The notes below the pieces were generated by a model that did no database searches, was not told the DNA's origin, and saw nothing but the letters and a program-made list of their open reading frames with translations. The position numbers were made by a program, and so were the translations under genes. 64,000 nucleotides of DNA, taken from Lama glama (taxonomy: Eukaryota). The stretch's first letter is position 1. Every line of letters starts with the position of its first letter. Shown here one piece after another: positions 58,131-64,000 of this stretch. The stretch covers positions 38,006,001 through 38,070,000 of the forward strand of contig CM052817.1 in the NCBI GenBank assembly GCA_028534125.1, given 5' to 3'.

Positions 58131-58502
58131 TTTGGATAGTGTTTCAAGTGTATTGAATCTACATAGGTAAAAGGGGCAGTAGTTACTAGATTAGCAGAAC
58201 TCTTTTTACCTGATTGAAAAATTTCATTAATCCAAAGTGTTTATGTCGTGTTCTACCATTTTACAGACAGATCAGTGCTCGGAGAGAAAAAAGGCAAAAC
58301 TTGTAATGAAAAGAATGTATATTTTAAATTAATACAAATATTTTTGGAATTGAAAAAATATTAATTTTTAAGTTAAAATAGATAGTGTTCCTCTAATGAC
58401 AGTGAAGTATAGACAAATCTGTTTTCCTTAATAGAGTCTCTAATTCTGTGACTGTGTTTCTTCGCTCATTGTGGATTTGTGTCCTGGGGCTGCTCTGCTC
58501 AT

Positions 58503-58676
58503 TTCCGCCATCTAGAGGCACATGGCTCTCTGGTTAATGTCTCTGGGATGAATTGTCACTGAGTCATGTTATTGGTATAGGAAGGCCGAGGGCCTTTTTC
58601 CTCCTGCTCATTTTGCTTCTGTTCTGTGACTGCCGGGCGGAGGAGCACGTGATACTTGGCTGACTCAGCAATATTT
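58503..58676. promoter_or_regulatory. Candidate intronic enhancer/insulator motif cluster (CTCF-like, AP-1, GC box, E-box, MARE/ARE)
   Basis: CCGCCATCTAGAGGCA 58505-58520; TGAGTCA 58560-58566; GGGCGGAG 58635-58642; CACGTG 58646-58651; GGCTGACTCAGCA 58658-58670. Motif evidence only. Confidence 0.4.
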
Positions 58677-58976
58677 GTGTTGAATGTGCTGCCTTTTCAC
58701 CCAGAATGTTTTTCTGGCACCTTTATAGCTTATTTTTGTCCCATAACATATGACTGAGGCTAATGTGGCCTTTTACCTGTGGGAAGCCTTGCAATAAAAG
58801 CTGTTGCTTCTCATACTTTTAGGTTAACATTTTTTTTCCTCAGAAGCTTCCCTGTGCCATTATCATATCACATATTATGCTGAAATAATCCATTTTTAAA
58901 ATTATGTCTATCTTCCCAACTCTGCCGCTCTAACCTTCCTTGTGAGCAAGAAATTCAGCTCTACCTATCGAGTGCA

Positions 58977-59890
58977 TCTGTCTGGTATTTTTGTTGTAAA
59001 CTGATTGGCTGTAGAACAGTTTTGCCACAAAAGACAAGTGGTGGACAACCTGGTTTAACAGTCTGGTTATAATGCCAGTAACAGGTAACATAAAATAGGT
59101 AGCTAGGAATACACAGCAGTCTGTGAGAGCATTAATTACCGACTCTTTAGCTAATTCAGTTAAAACAGGTTGTCCTCTAATGCCATCTTTACCAAATTTA
59201 TCACACAATAACTGAAGTTGGAGGCAAGAGAAGAATCAAGATCGTCCCATGTCCCCCTACATGGTTACCTGATTCATGATGTTTGTAAGTTTCCTGAAAA
59301 TGGTGAGAATTTGTTGCTGTTTAACTGTAGCGAACATGATATAGACAGAATTTTGGTATTTGGCAGAGACTCTGACTTAGATGATTTCGTGAATATACAG
59401 ACTGGGCATGTGCTGGAACATTTAAATGTAGTCAGGGCCGTGCTGCAGGCTGTTCCCATTACATGTATTGATAAGAGATAGCAGCGTCCCTCGTCTGCTC
59501 ATTTTACTTCCAGGGGAGTCTCAAGAGACTTACAGCAGAGTTTTCTAATATCGTTAAGAACTTACATTGGACGTTAGATCCTGAATTCTCACTGATGGAC
59601 TTTGAGAAAGGAAGTATCACCCCTTTCTCTAAGGTGCACCCAAATACAACTGTCACCGTGAGTCTACACACGTTTTCAGTGTATTCATTTCTTTTGTATT
59701 TTCATTTTTCACAATACATTTTTTAAAAATTGTTATTAATTTTTTAATGTTTTATTATGTCCTTTTTAATTTCCCTCTTTTATTTTACTTTTGTTGTTTT
59801 ATCTTTATCTTTAGCAGCAAAATTATTACCAATTAGTTGTGCAGGGAAACTACTCACAGCAAAGATTCTTTGGCGAAAATCCCTAGAAGC
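58977..59890 (+). mobile_element. Mutator-like (MULE/MuDR) DNA transposon relic, non-autonomous, with decayed transposase at about 59120-59660
   Basis: Frameshifted translation gives ENGENLLLFN..DIDRILVFG, WACAGTFKCS, LFPLH, VPRLLILLPGESQETYSRVF, LMDFEKG. Imperfect TIRs of about 50 bp; 9-bp TSD tcgagtgca (58968-58976) / ctgagtgca (59891-59899). Confidence 0.85.
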
Positions 59891-60059
59891 CTGAGTGCAG
59901 AGAACAGTGAGAGCAGAGGCTGATGCCCAGAGTATGATGGATACATGTCGCCTGAATCGAACTCAGCTGGCCTGTGTATGACTCTTCTGTAGTGTTTATA
60001 GAACTCTCATATCCAATTTTAATTAAGCCTCTGAAAACCTCTAAAAAATGATGATTGTC

Positions 60060-61800
60060 CTCAACCAATCTTACTGCCCTTACCTTCTAGTACATCCTGA
60101 CCACTTCTCATCCCTTAGTCCACAGACATCATCTCCACCCTGGACCATGTCGTAGTCTCTGACTTGTCTCTCGGCTCTACTCCTACTGTTTTCCTCTGTG
60201 GTCTATTCTTCAGAGTGCCCAGAGTTATCCTTTGAGAATGTGAAACAGTTTGCATAATTCCTCAGCTAGTATCTCTAATGGCTTCTCATCCTATTTATAA
60301 TAGAACTAAAGTATTCACCATGGCTTATCCAAGTACTCACCGTGACTTACAATTTTGTTATCATAACCCACAGCAAGAAAGGTTTTATATTGTGACCCAG
60401 CATACATGCATACACTGCCACCCCTCCCACCCCCATACACACAATTAAAGGAAAACCTTTACACTCTTGATATTTTCTCTCAGTCTACTCTTCTTGGCTG
60501 CATTGAAAGGAGCTGGTAATGACCCATCAGCTTGTTTCATGACTTCAATTTGCAAAACATTGCTCTGCTTGATCTGGCCCCTGCTGACCTTTCTCATTTC
60601 ATTTTCTGTGCGTCCCCTTTTCCACTCTGCTCCAGGGTACTGGCCTCCTTGCTGTTCCCATACCAAGCAAGCTCACTCAGTAGGGGTTTTTGCATTGCAG
60701 ATTCTTCTGCCTGGAGCATTCTTCCTCCAGAAATCCACATGGCTTCCCCCATTAATATCATTTACCTCTTTGCTCAAATGTTACCTTCTCAGAGAAGCCT
60801 TGTTGAATACCTATTAAGTACTATGTACAGTGTTAGACTCTGGTGAACAGAGATACAATCTCTGTCCCCAAGATTTAGTCTCTGCAATCTAGTCAGAAGT
60901 AAAACCAGTAAATGTTGAGTGATAAGTAGTCCAGATTTTAAGCTTGTTGAAGCACATAGAAAAATCCCAACTCAGTAATGTGAATCAGAGAGGCCGCCTG
61001 GAGGGGCTAATGTCTAAATAGAAATATGAAGGCTAAAGCAGGAATTATCCAAGTGAAGGAAGAAAGGCAGAAGAGAGGGTTGTGCAAAAATCTCAGAGTC
61101 AAGAGAGGGTTGGGAGAACTGCAAATCCTTGGGGGTGATTCAGTGGAGAAGGGCGAGAAACCATTTAGGCTGATAAACAGGGACCAGGTAAGGAAGGAGT
61201 GTCGAAACATTCTGATGGATGCGCTCTATCCTAAGGTGGAAGAGAAGCCATTCATAACTACCATGTATAAAGGAAATAAGCTATGAGGCTAACAGCACAG
61301 CGAATATAGCCAATATTTATAGTAACTTTAAATGGAGTGTAATCTATGAAAACTGTGAATCACTGTATTGTACACCTGAAACTAATACAATGTTGTAAAT
61401 CAGCTATATATATCAATGGAAAAAAACTAGCAAAACAGAAGAATAGCATTATCTGATTTGAATTTCTAAAATGTCACTCTGTCAAGTGGGACTGGAGTAG
61501 AGAAAAGGGAGATGGACTGCAGGGGATAAACTGTAGTAACAGAGGTTAGAACTGATAATGGCCTGACAGTAGACATGGGCCACAGATTAAAGAGACGTTT
61601 AGAAGCTAGCAGTCAGCATGAATTTTAAATGGTTTGGGATAAAGAGTGGTAGGATTCAAGGATGACTTACAGCATGTAGTAGTTGGTTAATAAAGATGTG
61701 TTGAATGAAAGAAAAACAAAGATTGATGACCTGGACTGGGTGATTGGTAGTGCAATTACTCAGTCTTTTCAATTAAAGAACCATAGAAAAATTTAACTTC
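60060..61800. mobile_element. LINE-2 fragments in both orientations, with a nested hAT-like MITE (about 60340-60560) and an L1 3' tail (about 61300-61427)
   Basis: L2 motifs (accacttctca, ctggcctccttgctgttcc, tttgctcaaatgttaccttctcagagaagcct); L1 tail aatcactgtattgtacacctgaaactaatacaatgttgtaaatcagctat. Confidence 0.65.
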
Positions 61801-62632
61801 CCAGGAACAATAAAGAGAATTTCCATTTTCAAGACGTGATTAAAGTTCTTGATGGTATCAAACTAATAAATTCATGACCTAACATTTGAAAAAGCTATAG
61901 AACAGAATGAAAAGTAGAGAAAACTGAATTTAACTTCCTTGTCAAGCCATCGGAACATTATTTAATTAAGTTTTTTAATTACACTTAGTTCACATTATAA
62001 TTACAATTTGCATTACTAGCTTTTAAGTTTCCTCTGGTCGCTTAGTGCTATGATGTCTCCAAACAACATTAGTGCTTTCCATATGTAACAGATTATAATA
62101 TAATGCTTTGCACATTGCAGGTTCTCAAGAGAAGTGTGTTGAATTATTTGTTATACATTTGAAATTAGTTTTCTTTTGCATAAAACAGTGTATGAAACTC
62201 TTCCCAAATAATCAGCTCATTGCAGACTAAGTGACTTACCCAAGGTCACTTGTCTTACTAGTGTCCGAGTCAAGGGTGCTCTGAGTTCAGCGCTCTTTCC
62301 ATTTTTCCTGTGAGGGGTTTTGTGACTTATTCAAGAAGCTCAGAGATTCCCCTTGCTTTCTTTTGGCAAAGACTGAATTTGATTAAGAGATACAAATCTC
62401 GTGTCCACTTTGATCACAATCCACAAATCACTCTGTTCCTATTCTTTAAAACCACAGCAAATGATGATTTCTGTTTACAAAACATTTTTTTTTCAGCGAG
62501 AAATAAATAGCATTAAAGACTGAGAGAAAAATCACACACTTTCTCTTGAATATTTTCTCTTGTGTCTATAGAAAGGAAGCGTGCTTAGGCAAACGACAAA
62601 ACTTGCTTTGATTACTGTGTAAGTAGTTAGAA

Positions 62633-62806
62633 CAGAGGTCTTACTCTCAGCTGCACATAAAATTACCTGGGGAGCTTTAAAATATCCTGATACCCAGATC
62701 TCACTCCAGACCAATTAAATCAAAATCTCTGAGGGTGGGATTCAGGTATCAGCATTTTTAAAGCTCTCAGATGACTTCAGTGTGCAGCCAAAGTTGAGAA
62801 TTCTTG
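62633..62806. mobile_element. MER5A hAT-Charlie MITE
   Basis: gctgcacataaaattacctggggagctttaaaa...ccagaccaattaaatcaaaatctct...tgtgcagccaaagttgagaa. Confidence 0.85.
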
Positions 62807-63479
62807 AGCGAGAGCAATTTGATTAAAATCATGAACTCACTCACGCACTTTTATTTAATGTTTGCTTTTTTTTCTCTAACCACAAGGTGGCAGCATCACA
62901 ATACAGTGCATATACCGACCCTTCTATTGAGTGGATATAGAAATTTATATCTGTAATACTAATTAATAGCATTTTGAGGGTTCCTCCAATTAGAGACAGT
63001 ATTGACATTTCCCCCTGTTGTTCTCTGTTGCTTTGGTTGGTTAAGAAAACTTTTAAACATGTTTATTTGAACAGGTTAAATTAGCGGGAACTATATAAGC
63101 TATAGTTGGATGGAAAAATGCAGAGAACGTGGATTTTGCATTCAGATAGATTTGGATTTAAAGACTGCCTGCACCACTTAGCAACAGGTTTGTTTAATCT
63201 CTTTGGGCTTCAGTTGTATACCTAGACGAGGAGGGTTGTTGTATGGACTAAATGAGATAATATATGAAAATCAACTTTGTGTTCTCTCTTTTCTGCATGT
63301 GGGTCCCTTCTCTCTCTGTGTGTCCTGTCTTTCAGTTTCCACTGGTGGTTATACAAATAAATATACTGTAGCTGTCTTCATTTTAAAGAACAAAGAATCG
63401 AAGCCATTATTTTTTGTTATTACACCATTAGCAATGGAAGTACCATCCACCTTTATAACTAAATTTCTGTAAAAAAATT

Positions 63480-64000
63480 AGACTTTGTTTACTCACAGTT
63501 ACTCTAGTTCACTTCTCAAACCTTGAAATTGCTTTCTCTGAGGTCACCAGTGGCCTCCTAAGTGCCAGGCCCACAGAAAACTGGCATCTTGTGCATCCTT
63601 GTCATTTGAATAGGCAGACAACCTCCTCCTTCCTGACACATCCCCCCTGATTACTGTGGTGACTCCACTCCTGTTCTCCAGTCTCCGTTGCTGTCTGAAT
63701 TCTCTTTTTCTTCCTTTAGAATTTGGGATCCTAGGAGTTCTCTGTTGTAGCTCTATTTCTTTTCTCCCTGGGAATGTTTGGTATCTTTGGTATCTTTGAC
63801 CACAGCCTTAATTTTAATTATTATAAATGACTTTGAAACCTATACATTGTTACCTATGGCTGTTCTGTGTTCCAGATCTATAACTCTAACAATCACTGGC
63901 ATTTAGATTGGCATCTCAAAATTAACATGTCAAATTTTGAATTGAACATGTTCCCTGTCACCCCAAACTGGCTCCTCCTCCTTCCCCACATCTCAACTTT
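63480..64000 (+). mobile_element. LINE-2 fragment
   Basis: gaggtcaccagtggcctcct...ctcctccttcctgacac...tccagatcta...gcatctcaaaattaacatgtc...ccccaaactggctcctcct. Confidence 0.75.

Noticed and set aside
59218-59481. 87-aa ORF as a functional or domesticated transposase gene
   Set aside because: It is one frame segment of a transposase with several frameshifts, a stop codon and a mutated catalytic Asp.

Overview
Mammalian genomic DNA, most likely camelid (Camelus/Vicugna, judged from three tRNA-Ala-derived Vic-type SINEs). The whole window lies inside MAPK10 (JNK3) on the + strand. Five coding exons are fully visible (59, 139, 166, 183 and 125 nt) and encode much of the kinase domain, including HRDLKPSN, DFG, the TPY activation motif and APE. 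Other kinase exons fall in N-gaps. The 130-nt VAIKK exon starts 2 nt before the gap at 9132. The mutually exclusive 72-nt exons are not visible and probably lie in the gaps at 17802-18106 and 28069-28208. The acceptor at 39078 has a U12 (minor spliceosome) branch point, matching the known U2/U12 mechanism of JNK mutually exclusive splicing. The rest is AT-rich intron containing L1, L2, L3/CR1, MIR, LTR and hAT relics. The most notable extras are a bounded Mutator/MULE transposon relic (TIRs, 9-bp TSD, decayed transposase), an 18-bp minisatellite carrying AP-1 sites, a 55-bp dispersed duplication, and a CTCF/AP-1/E-box/MARE motif cluster. I found no convincing wholly new biological system. Almost all ORFs in the supplied track are spurious.
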